Source: a virus. Taken from it: DNA of 64,000 nucleotides. The notes under the pieces were generated by a model. The model was not told the origin of the DNA, searched no databases, and saw nothing but the letters and a program-made list of their open reading frames with translations. A program made the translations under genes and the position numbers. The first letter of the stretch is position 1, and every line of letters begins with the position of its first letter. Positions 37,200 through 48,100 of the stretch are shown piece by piece. The stretch spans positions 23,878 through 87,877 of IMG/VR virus record IMGVR_UViG_3300032322_001295; one strand, written 5' to 3'.

Positions 37200-38375
37200 A
37201 TGCAAAGTAATGCTCAAAAACTTTGGATCCCGAATCCAAACGCAGGTACACTAGTGGATGTTGAAGCACTACAAGGGCCTGATTTTGCAAATGAAGTGCG
37301 TATTGTAGACCAAATCTCAATACTATCTACATCTGTAACACGTTGCCAAAAGGTTTGCGCATCACCATGTGAAGAAAACATCTGGACTATTGAGTTCGGT
37401 GATGTTGACTTTGGTGATTGCAATGCTTGCGGCAAATCAGTAGGATTTACTCTGTTGCTTAACAGAAATCCTGATTTTGATAATCAAACGTATTTTGAAT
37501 ACAATCAACGTAGGCAGTATGTTTACCAAGGTAATCTTTCTGGCGTAGTAACAGGTGTTGACCTTGCTACATGGTTTGAAAGTTACATCAATGACTTGAT
37601 TAATCAAAACGATCAACACGATCAGTTTTTGGTAAGCGTAACAAGAAGCACTGATACTCTTACACTTACGTTTCCATGTTCTGGTCTTATTGCATACAGT
37701 TTGATTGGTATATATCAGTTACCAAACAACAATCTTGCAACTGCAGAAATACCAGTATTTACTGAAACGCAAGAAGCAGTAGAAGCTGTATTGAGCCGCG
37801 AAAAACTACTTCAGCAGTTTCCACAAGAAATCGGTCACGTATTTGGAGAAGCTCCACGCGACCAATGGATGTGGTGCCAGACTGTTTGCGTTATTACACT
37901 GAGAGGTTGTATTGATGCTTGCAGTAACTTCTTTGATAATCAGAATAGCGGTCATCTACATACCGGCGCAACTCCATTTGATTTGTTGCTTTACGTAGAT
38001 AGTTCTGCCCCTGGTTTTGCTGATTTCATTGCAGCATTAAATAACTTGTTCCCTAATGCTTGTGACCTTGATACTCTTCCAGGTTTTCAATCTGGTGTAC
38101 AAGGACCATTAACTGGCATTGATATTACATCTATTGTTGATAACATTGATGCTGTAAATGGTACACTTATCAATGTTACTATTGGTTCATTGTCATTCAG
38201 TGTAACAGCTACAAGTGGAGCTGACATAGCTTCTGAAATTGATGCATTGTTTGGTGTAGGAACAGCAGCAACATATTCTGCTCCCGACATTTCATTTGGT
38301 GTGCCTCTTGATAACTTTGGTTCAACTGCTGTTATCAGCATTGTATCTGATCCAGTTAACTACGTAGGCGAGTAA
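37200..38375 (+). CDS. Putative auxiliary capsid or other structural protein
   Basis: Synteny with the crAss-like structural block; beta-rich; several Cys residues. Confidence 0.55.
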   Translation: MQSNAQKLWIPNPNAGTLVDVEALQGPDFANEVRIVDQISILSTSVTRCQKVCASPCEENIWTIEFGDVDFGDCNACGKSVGFTLLLNRNPDFDNQTYFEYNQRRQYVYQGNLSGVVTGVDLATWFESYINDLINQNDQHDQFLVSVTRSTDTLTLTFPCSGLIAYSLIGIYQLPNNNLATAEIPVFTETQEAVEAVLSREKLLQQFPQEIGHVFGEAPRDQWMWCQTVCVITLRGCIDACSNFFDNQNSGHLHTGATPFDLLLYVDSSAPGFADFIAALNNLFPNACDLDTLPGFQSGVQGPLTGIDITSIVDNIDAVNGTLINVTIGSLSFSVTATSGADIASEIDALFGVGTAATYSAPDISFGVPLDNFGSTAVISIVSDPVNYVGE

Positions 38376-38794
38376 TGATGATACTGAGCGAGACCTTGTT
38401 CTTTTCTGTCTTAGTTTCGCTTTTTACACAGGGTTTGAGTGCCGCTGCCAACAACGGCGGCATTCTATACCCGATTAAAGCGTGGATGGAAAATATATCT
38501 AGGTCAAAAAAACTAGACAACAAAAAGATAGAAATATCTGGTTACAAGGAAGTAAGAAGACGACAATACCAATCTTCAGAGTGGATTAACCCGGCATTGC
38601 AAAAGCTTGAACTATTACATCTTTACCGCAATCTTTGGCACAAGCCATTGCTGACATGTATGGTATGTATGTCTTCTTTTTATGGAACATTGATTTACTG
38701 GATTATGTATAACCAGTACCCATTATATATTTGGATTCTAGGTATTCCGATATCATCAGCAATAACTGTATTAACCCATAAACTACGAACATGA
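38375..38794 (+). CDS. Membrane protein with a CxxC motif (DUF1360-like)
   Basis: TM segments and KPLLTCMVCMSSFYG. Confidence 0.6.
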   Translation: MMILSETLFFSVLVSLFTQGLSAAANNGGILYPIKAWMENISRSKKLDNKKIEISGYKEVRRRQYQSSEWINPALQKLELLHLYRNLWHKPLLTCMVCMSSFYGTLIYWIMYNQYPLYIWILGIPISSAITVLTHKLRT

Positions 38795-39420
38795 GTTTTC
38801 AAAGCCTTGAAGCAGTAACATCAAGATTGATGAATGACTTGATAGCTGTTTATGACGATACAAGATTAAACAGAAAGATAGTACGCGATAAAGTGCTTGT
38901 TGCAAGGGCAAATATTTTATCTAAGTATCTTCGTCAAAATCTTGGTTCTATTGCGGGTCAATACTACAATCAGTGTTGCTTCGAGGTAAATTGTGAACCT
39001 GTGTGCCCGGGTGCGCCAGTAACTGTCATCAGAGGAAAGATACCAGAGCTTCTTGCTCAATTAGGTAGAAGAGCATTAAAGTATCTTGGTACCGTAGATG
39101 GCAAGCATCCTTTTGAATGGCGCGATGAATCAAGTACAGAGTTTGTAAGTTATGCCCAGTTTGGTTGTGATAGAAAGAATCCGTACTTTGTTCTTACTGG
39201 ACAAAAAGTTGATGTATATGACTTGCCAACAGTAGACACAAAGATACTTATGGTAAAAGGAATATTTGCAGACCCATTTGCATGTGGTTGTCCTGAAGAT
39301 GATGTGTTTGTGCCGGCCGATCACATAGATGAAATAGAACAACAAATCAAAGTAGATTTATCGACATTCTTAATACAAAGAAGAATCGATAAAATGAACA
39401 ATACAAATAGCGACAACTAA
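38791..39420 (+). CDS. Tail ring protein
   Basis: YDDTRLNRKIV...RANI...MVKGIFADP...PADHIDEIE...D: ring-protein pattern. Confidence 0.7.
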   Translation: MSFQSLEAVTSRLMNDLIAVYDDTRLNRKIVRDKVLVARANILSKYLRQNLGSIAGQYYNQCCFEVNCEPVCPGAPVTVIRGKIPELLAQLGRRALKYLGTVDGKHPFEWRDESSTEFVSYAQFGCDRKNPYFVLTGQKVDVYDLPTVDTKILMVKGIFADPFACGCPEDDVFVPADHIDEIEQQIKVDLSTFLIQRRIDKMNNTNSDN

Positions 39421-39869
39421 TGCCAGGAATACAAAAAAACTTAAAGTACAATGACTTGTACGTTGAAGCACAAAAAAACTATGTTACTACAGATCCTTTT
39501 GGTAAAAGGTATATTATTTATCAAGGTATGCAATTTAAGTTTGATTCATACGAAGACATAGAGGTTGGATGCGGATGTGGTGGAGTAGCAAAAGAAGTTT
39601 TAAGACATTACAATATAAATGCATTTGCTACTTGCAAAGAAGGAGAATACTTATGGCCGACTCCAAAAGGTTCTAATCTGATGCTTGTAGTAACATCAAA
39701 ATACTTTGTCGAAACCGATTCTTTAAAATATCCACCTGTAAAAAGCGCTTACGAAGACGAAACATCAGGAAAGGATGTAGATTTATTTACACCACCATGG
39801 AAAAGATCAATACCGAGAGAGGGGGGACTGTGGTATACAGACCCTTGGGAATCACAAAAAGGAAGTTAA
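39420..39869 (+). CDS. Hypothetical protein with a GCGCGG motif
   Basis: ORF track; TAATG coupling. Confidence 0.65.
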   Translation: MPGIQKNLKYNDLYVEAQKNYVTTDPFGKRYIIYQGMQFKFDSYEDIEVGCGCGGVAKEVLRHYNINAFATCKEGEYLWPTPKGSNLMLVVTSKYFVETDSLKYPPVKSAYEDETSGKDVDLFTPPWKRSIPREGGLWYTDPWESQKGS

Positions 39870-40507
39870 CAACAAGGAAAAGAGCCTATAGAAATCACGG
39901 AACAAACTATAATATAAGAAGAAAAAGGTATAAGCTAAATAGAAAGATTGATAATTTTGATAACATAAACTATAGGATATTTTTTGACGAAAACAACTGG
40001 GATTACGACCAAAAAAGAAACCTACATCGAGCAGTACGCATTGGAAAGTTAGGTAGGTTTATGAAGCGGAAATGGTTGCCAGATACAGATACACAGCCAA
40101 AGGGAATGTTCGAAAGAAAGAAGAAAAAGTTTGTAATGTACTTGGCTGATTTGTTGATAAAGTTGCTGATTGATGATATGGTAGAAACAGGCAACAAGAT
40201 TACATTTGCAGCAACTAAAACAAATAATCGTACACTTGAAGGATATTTTAAAATAGGAGTGTTTAAAGATAAAGGTATTTTTACTAACTTTGAGAATCTT
40301 ATTCTTTCAATAGTTCCAGGAACGATAGAGCGCATTTCAGATTATTATCCATTAGTGATACTAGAAAACGAACTAAAAAGAAAGCTAAAGAACGCGTACA
40401 TTCTTAAAAAAAGAGAATATGAAAGTATTGACATACAGGAACGTATTGCAGCGCATAACAGACTTAGCGGACTTTATAGACGTGTCGTCAAATCTCCCAA
40501 GAATTAA
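39797..40507 (+). CDS. Basic protein, possibly IHF/HU-like (true start uncertain)
   Basis: Very Lys/Arg-rich; LIDDMVETGNKITF...GYFKI resembles the IHF-like protein of the crAss structural block. Confidence 0.5.
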   Translation: MEKINTERGGTVVYRPLGITKRKLTTRKRAYRNHGTNYNIRRKRYKLNRKIDNFDNINYRIFFDENNWDYDQKRNLHRAVRIGKLGRFMKRKWLPDTDTQPKGMFERKKKKFVMYLADLLIKLLIDDMVETGNKITFAATKTNNRTLEGYFKIGVFKDKGIFTNFENLILSIVPGTIERISDYYPLVILENELKRKLKNAYILKKREYESIDIQERIAAHNRLSGLYRRVVKSPKN

Positions 40508-41060
40508 GAGATTGATTTATAAGTGTGCAATAGATTCTAGAGCTGCAATATCAATGATTACAAAAGCTGCTGTGCCTGTTCAAGTAACAAATGGCATTGG
40601 CGAACTCCCATGCGACTTACTTAGATTGTTACGAGCGTACGGAGATAATAGTCATGGCGCCAGAACTGGTGATGCAATGGAGTCAACAAGATTAAAATCT
40701 TTCGGCCGTTACGATAAAACAAACACACATATTAAACCATCTTGGTTAAGAGAGGGAACTATTTATATTGATTACTATGCCGTACCTACAGTAGAAGTAA
40801 TGGATGAAAATGGACAGAGTTGCCAAGAGATACAGATATCTCCAAGTCAGTTAGATTATTGTGCTTATGAAGTAATAAGAATACTTGCGCGCGATGAACT
40901 TGTTAGAGGTAAAATGCGACCAGATGTATATGGATTGTTTGAAGAAGAAGCTGCTAATCATTTTCAAGTAGCAATAGGTGACACAAGACAACTCAGTATT
41001 GATGATATGGAAAGCACAGCATGGATGCTGCGTAATGCTCAGTTTTTTAACTTAAGATAA
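40419..41060 (+). CDS. Tail tubular or ring protein
   Basis: GELPCDLLRL...IKPSWLREGTIYIDYYAVP...DENG; lies immediately upstream of the muzzle gene. Confidence 0.75.
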   Translation: MKVLTYRNVLQRITDLADFIDVSSNLPRIKRLIYKCAIDSRAAISMITKAAVPVQVTNGIGELPCDLLRLLRAYGDNSHGARTGDAMESTRLKSFGRYDKTNTHIKPSWLREGTIYIDYYAVPTVEVMDENGQSCQEIQISPSQLDYCAYEVIRILARDELVRGKMRPDVYGLFEEEAANHFQVAIGDTRQLSIDDMESTAWMLRNAQFFNLR

Positions 41061-44000
41061 ATGGCACAGCCCACTGTAAACAGATTCTATAAGGGCTTAA
41101 ACTCAGATATGAGCCTTACCGATAGATCACAAGATATTTATCTTGACGGTCATAACATAAGGCTTGCTCGTAGGGAAGAAGGAACTCTTTGGGCCGCAAA
41201 CATTAGAGGTAACGAAGAAACATTTCAACTTAAAGAAAATTACGTTCCAATAGGGTCTGTCGAGTTTGATGGATTTCTTTTTATCTTTTCATACAATCCA
41301 TCTACAAGTTTTTGTGAGATTGGTTCTTATCCTTCACCTGACCCAACAACAAACTATATAACTAGAGATTACAGGCCATTAAGAAACTATACTGCTCAAA
41401 TATATATACCAGACATTGACGAGTCATGCCTTGTATCAACGGTTACCAATCTTGGCGAGTTTACTACTCCATTACTTGAATTTAAATGCGACAAACCATT
41501 GCGCGTTGAAGCAAGGTTAGATTTTGATGGTTCTGTTAATCTTTACTGGACTGACGATAATCTGCCCTGGCGAAGCGTTAATAATGGATTTGTACTAAGA
41601 ACTGGTGCGCCAAATAATCGATACGTAACTGCCGGCATGATACAGTCTGGCTACATAAATGGCATTAATGAAAACTCTAATCACCCAATAGTAGATTTTC
41701 AAAACTATGGTTCTGGAAGTTTAAAAGTAGGTAACTATTTTTTCTTTGTCAGATACACAGACTTAAACTATTTAACAACATCTTTTCTTAGTCAATCTGG
41801 GCCAGTTCCATTATTTGTAAGTAATAATGCAGGAGTTGCAGTTGTAACATTTAGCGGAGAATCAGATAGTATTTCTAATAAGTCTGTTAATCTTTTAGTG
41901 TCTGGCCTTGATGTCAATATACCATTTATAGAGATTGGTTACATACGTTATTTTGGTCAAGATACTTTTGAATGTTTTCTTATTGATAAGAGATTTAGCA
42001 TAAACGGTAATCCGCAAGTAGGAGTAAACATTACCGGTAACGAACCACTTATAGCACTTACTATTGATGAACTAGTCTTATATAAACCAAGCGATGCGCT
42101 TTATTGCAAAGACATAGCACAAGCATTTAATACATTTTTTATTGCAAATACTAGAGGCCCTGTATTAGATCATCCTGATTTGCGTAAGTTTATGTGTGCA
42201 CTTACTTTATCAGAAAACTATGAAAACAATGGCCCGGCCGATGAAATAAGAACTGATGTAAATAATAATCCGTACTCTATTGATGGAAACGATACAGAAG
42301 AAAAAGTAGGTTATTTCTCTGGTGAAACATATTGCTTTGCCATTGTACCCGTATTTAAAGGTGGATTTACTGGACTGCCATATCCAATGACAGGTTATGA
42401 CAACTACCTTGGTTTAATGTCAAATAGTAATAACCAGGGTACATTTAGATTTAGAAGATACTTTAATGCACCAGCATACGATGGCACAAATACTTTTATA
42501 AAAGGAATTAATGTAAATACATCTGGCGCTGCAACTATTTATAACACATCGTTATGGTTGCAAGAAAATCTTGAAGGTGTATATGTAACAAGAGCAGAGC
42601 GCAAACCAAATCTTTTGTTTCAAGGACTTAGTCTTCGTTGTTACAATGGTAAGATGAATCCAAATCCACAAAAAGAAAACTTAGATTTTTGGGATTATTT
42701 ACAAGATGGTACTACTGGAGTAATACCATTAAATGGTCAATTTTCTCTTGCAACTGAAGAAAATTGGTATACTGATAGATTAATGCCTTTGTTTGAACCA
42801 GCAACTTATATGTTTCAAAGTCAAACAAGAAGATGGGATAATATATTACAACCATTTACTCCATTAGGTGATATTTTTAAATGGTTTCATTATGCTAGGC
42901 CTTATAATATGAAACAAAGAAATGACTTTGTTGATGCTAATAGTTTAGCAATATTTTCATCTGATTATTATATAGGTAGAGAAAATGTTCCAGATAATTC
43001 TTATATTGAATTGTTAGCTACAACACAATATGCAAATCATTGGAACAGAGAATCATCTTCATTAAATCCTATTGCAATAAACAATAGATCGGCTATAGGA
43101 AACTGGAAACAAAGTGCAACAGACCCTGGACCAACAATACCATTATGGGAAGATTATGATCCTGTTTATAATTTTGCATCTGCACCTAATAAAGGTGTTG
43201 TACAAACATTTTTAGGGTATAATCAAAATGGATTAAATTTAGTTGCACCAGAAGGATTTAACGCTAATTGTTTAAATATAGTTGGTTGGACTGCAGTGCC
43301 AAATACAAGATTTGTTTCTCGTTATGACGAAGGTAAAATAGCAAGTCAAGATGGTTTTTACTATTATGAAATAGGACTTATTGGGGCGCCTAATCAAAAA
43401 AATATTGAGATAAGTTTGCCAGTAGCAACTCCTGATTATGTTGCTATAACAAATGCTCTTGCATATAATGCACCATTCGGAACAGAATATAATCATTTTA
43501 TAGATTCTTGGAATAGATCAATAGTTAACACTTACATAGCAAATCCAAACACATTAAACTATACTGATTTTTACGATTTTAAAAATACAGAGTTTTATCC
43601 AATAGGTAAGTTTCAAAACATAACAGATTTTTTAGCATCAGCGCAACATACTTATTACCGTGGAGATTGTATTGTTTCAAGAACATATCTGAAACTACAA
43701 AATGGCAGTAATGAAAATATAAGTCAATATTTTTATGATGTTCTTGCAAATGTAGAAGGAATTGGTAACTCTACAGTAGTTGATAGAACAAATGCAGAAG
43801 AAGCAACAGAGGCATTACAAAAAGGTTATGGTCATTGGGTAAGTGTTGTAACTGAAAACAAATACAATCCTAATTATAGATATGAGTTAGGCCGTAACTA
43901 TTTCTATCCAAAGACTAACCCATTAAATCCTGGTATTGACTTTGCTTGGATATATGATAGTCCAGAAAGTTTCTTTTACAACAAAGGAATGTCGGAATAC

Positions 44001-45161
44001 TTGGGCCCGCGTGCAGGAGTGGGTATTGATTTGTTACAACCATTGAGTGACAACAGATTTCCTACAAGAATAAGACCTAGCCTCAAACATATCTTTGGTG
44101 CCGTTCGTGATGGGTATAGACAGTTTGTGCCGGCCGATGCAAAAGACTTTGATTACGAAGCTGGAGAAATACAAGCATTAGCCGTAATGTTTGATTATTT
44201 GTATTCTTTTCAGAATAGAGCAATAAACCTTCATCCTATTAACGAACGTGTCACACAGCAAAGTACAGCAGGCAGCACAGCCATATTAGGACAATCTACT
44301 GGACTTACCGAATACAGACAAGTTATCAAAAGAGGATATGGCACTCAGCATAGGTTTGGTGTTATAAAAGCTAATCAGGCATTGTATTGCATTGACTGGA
44401 ATAAACGTGCAGTGCTTAGAGTTGCCGGTGGCGAAGTTCAAATGCTTGATGTAGAAAAAGGTGTACAGTCATGGTTTAGAAGAATAGTTGCACTTGGTTC
44501 TACTGGATATAGCGATGCGCTTGAAATATTACCAAACGCTCACACGTGCGGGCTAGGCATACATGGTGTATACAATAGAAAGTATAAGGAAGTTATTTGG
44601 ACATTAAAACTTGGCGAAGAAACAAAGACTATTGCTTTCTCAGAAGAAATGGACACATTTTTAGGAACACATGGGTACAAGCCAAATATGTATGCACAGG
44701 TAGAAGAAGACCTTTATAGTTTTGTTGACAATAAAGCCTGGTTTCATGACGTCAAAGATAAGTACGACAACTTTTATAACATCCAAGATATTTGGAAAAT
44801 AAAAGTATCTGTTGCCGAGGGAGCAGAGATTACTAAGCATTATGACAACATCGTTATTACAAGTAACAATAGAGTGTTTAGTGCTATTAAGTTTGAAACG
44901 CAACATCAGGTAGCAGAACAAAGGCCATTCCAAACAACAAACGAGTTTTGGTACGCGCCGACATACAGAGAAAACGAATGGCGATTACCGATACGTAGGG
45001 CAGACAACATCAAGGAACCGGAACTAAACATTTACGATGACTTTGGATTTGACAAAACACCCATGCGCGGGCGATATCTTATTATAGAACTAGAATACGA
45101 TGGCGAAAAAGAACTTTGGGTAAGAGAACTAATGACTTATTTTAACCTTTCATTTGCATAG
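41061..45161 (+). CDS. Tail stabilization or muzzle protein (P22 gp10-like)
   Basis: 1366 aa; N-terminal NRFYKGLNSD; GETYCFAIV; YRGDC; GYGTQH; C-terminal MRGRYLIIELEY. Confidence 0.88.
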   Translation: MAQPTVNRFYKGLNSDMSLTDRSQDIYLDGHNIRLARREEGTLWAANIRGNEETFQLKENYVPIGSVEFDGFLFIFSYNPSTSFCEIGSYPSPDPTTNYITRDYRPLRNYTAQIYIPDIDESCLVSTVTNLGEFTTPLLEFKCDKPLRVEARLDFDGSVNLYWTDDNLPWRSVNNGFVLRTGAPNNRYVTAGMIQSGYINGINENSNHPIVDFQNYGSGSLKVGNYFFFVRYTDLNYLTTSFLSQSGPVPLFVSNNAGVAVVTFSGESDSISNKSVNLLVSGLDVNIPFIEIGYIRYFGQDTFECFLIDKRFSINGNPQVGVNITGNEPLIALTIDELVLYKPSDALYCKDIAQAFNTFFIANTRGPVLDHPDLRKFMCALTLSENYENNGPADEIRTDVNNNPYSIDGNDTEEKVGYFSGETYCFAIVPVFKGGFTGLPYPMTGYDNYLGLMSNSNNQGTFRFRRYFNAPAYDGTNTFIKGINVNTSGAATIYNTSLWLQENLEGVYVTRAERKPNLLFQGLSLRCYNGKMNPNPQKENLDFWDYLQDGTTGVIPLNGQFSLATEENWYTDRLMPLFEPATYMFQSQTRRWDNILQPFTPLGDIFKWFHYARPYNMKQRNDFVDANSLAIFSSDYYIGRENVPDNSYIELLATTQYANHWNRESSSLNPIAINNRSAIGNWKQSATDPGPTIPLWEDYDPVYNFASAPNKGVVQTFLGYNQNGLNLVAPEGFNANCLNIVGWTAVPNTRFVSRYDEGKIASQDGFYYYEIGLIGAPNQKNIEISLPVATPDYVAITNALAYNAPFGTEYNHFIDSWNRSIVNTYIANPNTLNYTDFYDFKNTEFYPIGKFQNITDFLASAQHTYYRGDCIVSRTYLKLQNGSNENISQYFYDVLANVEGIGNSTVVDRTNAEEATEALQKGYGHWVSVVTENKYNPNYRYELGRNYFYPKTNPLNPGIDFAWIYDSPESFFYNKGMSEYLGPRAGVGIDLLQPLSDNRFPTRIRPSLKHIFGAVRDGYRQFVPADAKDFDYEAGEIQALAVMFDYLYSFQNRAINLHPINERVTQQSTAGSTAILGQSTGLTEYRQVIKRGYGTQHRFGVIKANQALYCIDWNKRAVLRVAGGEVQMLDVEKGVQSWFRRIVALGSTGYSDALEILPNAHTCGLGIHGVYNRKYKEVIWTLKLGEETKTIAFSEEMDTFLGTHGYKPNMYAQVEEDLYSFVDNKAWFHDVKDKYDNFYNIQDIWKIKVSVAEGAEITKHYDNIVITSNNRVFSAIKFETQHQVAEQRPFQTTNEFWYAPTYRENEWRLPIRRADNIKEPELNIYDDFGFDKTPMRGRYLIIELEYDGEKELWVRELMTYFNLSFA

Positions 45162-45163
45162 CT

Positions 45164-48100
45164 ATGCCTCCATTTATTACGCACAACGGACAAACTGGAT
45201 ATTTTCAGAATGGTGTATTTGTTCCAGCAACACAAGAGCAGTACAATAATCAAATGTCGATGTACAATCAGTTTGGTAATAATCCATTTGTATCTGCACA
45301 ACAAACATTTACACAACAGCAGCAATCTATTCAACAAGGTGTAATAAAACCACCTACTGCAGGTCCATTGAGTAATGAACAAAAAGTATCTATAGCGCAA
45401 GGAGATGCAACATCAACAAACCAGTATAACCCACAAGACAAGTTAAACTATGAGTTTACAGATAAAGGTTTAGGATTTAAAGCTGGCAATCAGTTTTATC
45501 CTAGCACCGCTATGACTGCAGGTGGAATGCCTTTAATAGGAAGTCCATATATGGGCAAAACATTAAATGCTTATGATTTAGCAAAAGAAGATAGCTCTAA
45601 ATACGGCAATCCATATTTGGCTTTACAAAATCAACTTATAAATAATCCTATGCCCGGGATGTCAAATACAACTATTCCAACACAAGCACAAGTAACAGTA
45701 CCTCAAACAACAGGAGTAACAGAAGTAATTCCAACATCAACAACAGAACAAGCAGGAGGTGGAAACTGGTTGACAAATATGTTCAATAGACCATCCGTAG
45801 AAGGAGTGCCAGCTGCAGAAAATATTGCTGACAATGGACTAAAAAGTGATGTGTTAGGTGATTGGGGAAAAATGGGATTTAATGGTAAAGAGTTTTTTAA
45901 AAGCGATAAAGGTCAAGCAACATCAGCAATAGCTGGAGCAGGAGTAGGTTTAATATCTGGACTTGCTAAAGCAGGGATGCAAGATAAGTACGACCCTAGA
46001 GTAGGTATGTCAAAACCTAACTTAGGTGGAAATCTTTTTGGCGATGCAACATTTACACAAGTAGGTCTTAATCCTGCTCTTATGGCGGCTACAGGTGGGA
46101 TCTCAGCACTTGTTGGTGGTGGTGTTGACTTAATCAAAAATGCTGTTAAGTACACCAAACAAAAAGATCGATACGAAAACAAAAAGCTTGCAACAGATAC
46201 TATGCAGAGCATTGACGACGCAAGAGAAAATATGAAGCCAGATTATACTGGTTATGCTAGAAGTGGAACTCAAGTAAATCCATATTTAAAAGCACAGTAT
46301 GGAACAAAAGCAATAGTCGAAGGGAAAGAAATGGATATTGATAGTGATGAATACAGAAGACTATACAATTCTGGAAATCTTATGAGAGTTGATGAAGGAG
46401 GAATGCCTACAATGACTACTGAAGAAGTGGTTGTTACGGATCAAATGACTGATCACACTAGAAAGCAAAGAGAGATTCAAAAAGAAAGAGATGCGCAAGG
46501 GTTAAATTACAACTGGAGTTCTGGTTCTAACAATCCTTATATGAGTCAACTGCAAAGTACTGTACCTACTGGAATAAACTCAACAGTTCCTAGCGTTCCA
46601 CCATTTCAACCAATATTTAATCCTGAAGACGATTATTTAAAAAATTATGTTGGAAAATCATTAGGTGAACAACCTTTTATATTTAGCTCTAAATCAGAAG
46701 TAGGAATGGGCTATAATAACTTTGGTAATAATACATGGATGTCAAGTAATCTTGGAACTGTAGACGATAGTCCAACTATTATGGGTCATTTATCTACTCG
46801 TTATAAAAATAATGATGCTTATAAAGTTAGTTTAGAAAATAATGACATTCCATCTTTATATTTCTTTTATAAAGATTTAAGTAAAGAAAAAAATTGGCAA
46901 GAAGACGTTGGCGTTTCAGCAATGAAATATTATGATTCTAGAAATGAATTAATGGATATGGGTGATTCTTATGAAAGAGAGGGTAGGTTTATAGATGATA
47001 TTGTTAAAAAACAAGGTTATGGGCATAATCTTGTAATGGATGAAAATGGAGATAAACTTATTAGAAGTTTTACTGCTGATAAAGATAAATTTATGGGTTC
47101 TGTCACATTGACTCCAGAAATGTATAAAGCAATACTTGAAGCTCCAAATCAAACAGAAGCAAAGCGTAGATTAATGCAAATGGCCAAAATACCACAAGAT
47201 GTAGATATGGATAAACTTTTTATTCATATGAACCTAAGTAGACCAAGATATTTATCTTCTTATTTAAAAGCAAAAACAGTAAATCCTAATTCTGTAAAAA
47301 ATTGGCATGATGTACCTCCTGGCAATATTTATATTAATAGAGTATTTCAAAATAGAACACAGCCAACAAGTTATCATAATGAAACTAGACTTAAACAAAA
47401 TAGACTAGGTGGTATGGTGCAAAATCCGTATTTAAAAGCTCAATATGGCACTGAAGTTATAGTTGATGGTAAAAAAATAAATACAGATAGTAAGGAATAT
47501 AGAGATATGTATGCTTCTGGCAATCTAATAAATGTAGACAAAGATGGCATTCCTATAAGATGGTCTGGCGAAGAAGCAGTTGTTACAGCACAAATGACAG
47601 ACACTCCATCATATAATTGGGGTACAGGATACGCACCAAAACAAACTGTTTTAAAAACTGATAATAATGCTTACTCTGTAGGAACTACAATGCCATCTAA
47701 ATCATGGGCACAAGTAAGGCCAGAAAATATAAATTTTAATTTAGAAACAGATGAAGGTAAAAAAAACGAAGCAGTTTTTAGAGCAAAAGAAACAATGAAA
47801 GCTATTAAAGATAGTGAAGGATATAAACAAACATTAGAAAATGTTATCAATGAATCTGAATATATATTAGATGATGATCAAAAAAATATATCTTCAGATT
47901 ATATGTTTGTTCCTGGTAGCAAAAAATATCCACATATAGGTATTGTTGATAATGATTATTTAAAAGAAAAAGAACAATCATTATATGATTATCAGTTTAA
48001 CAATCCTTATGGTCTTTTTTATGATTTAGAAAAACAAAGAAATCAAAATGTTGATTATAAAAAAGTTGGTGTATTAAGTCAAAAAGAAGCAGATGAACAA

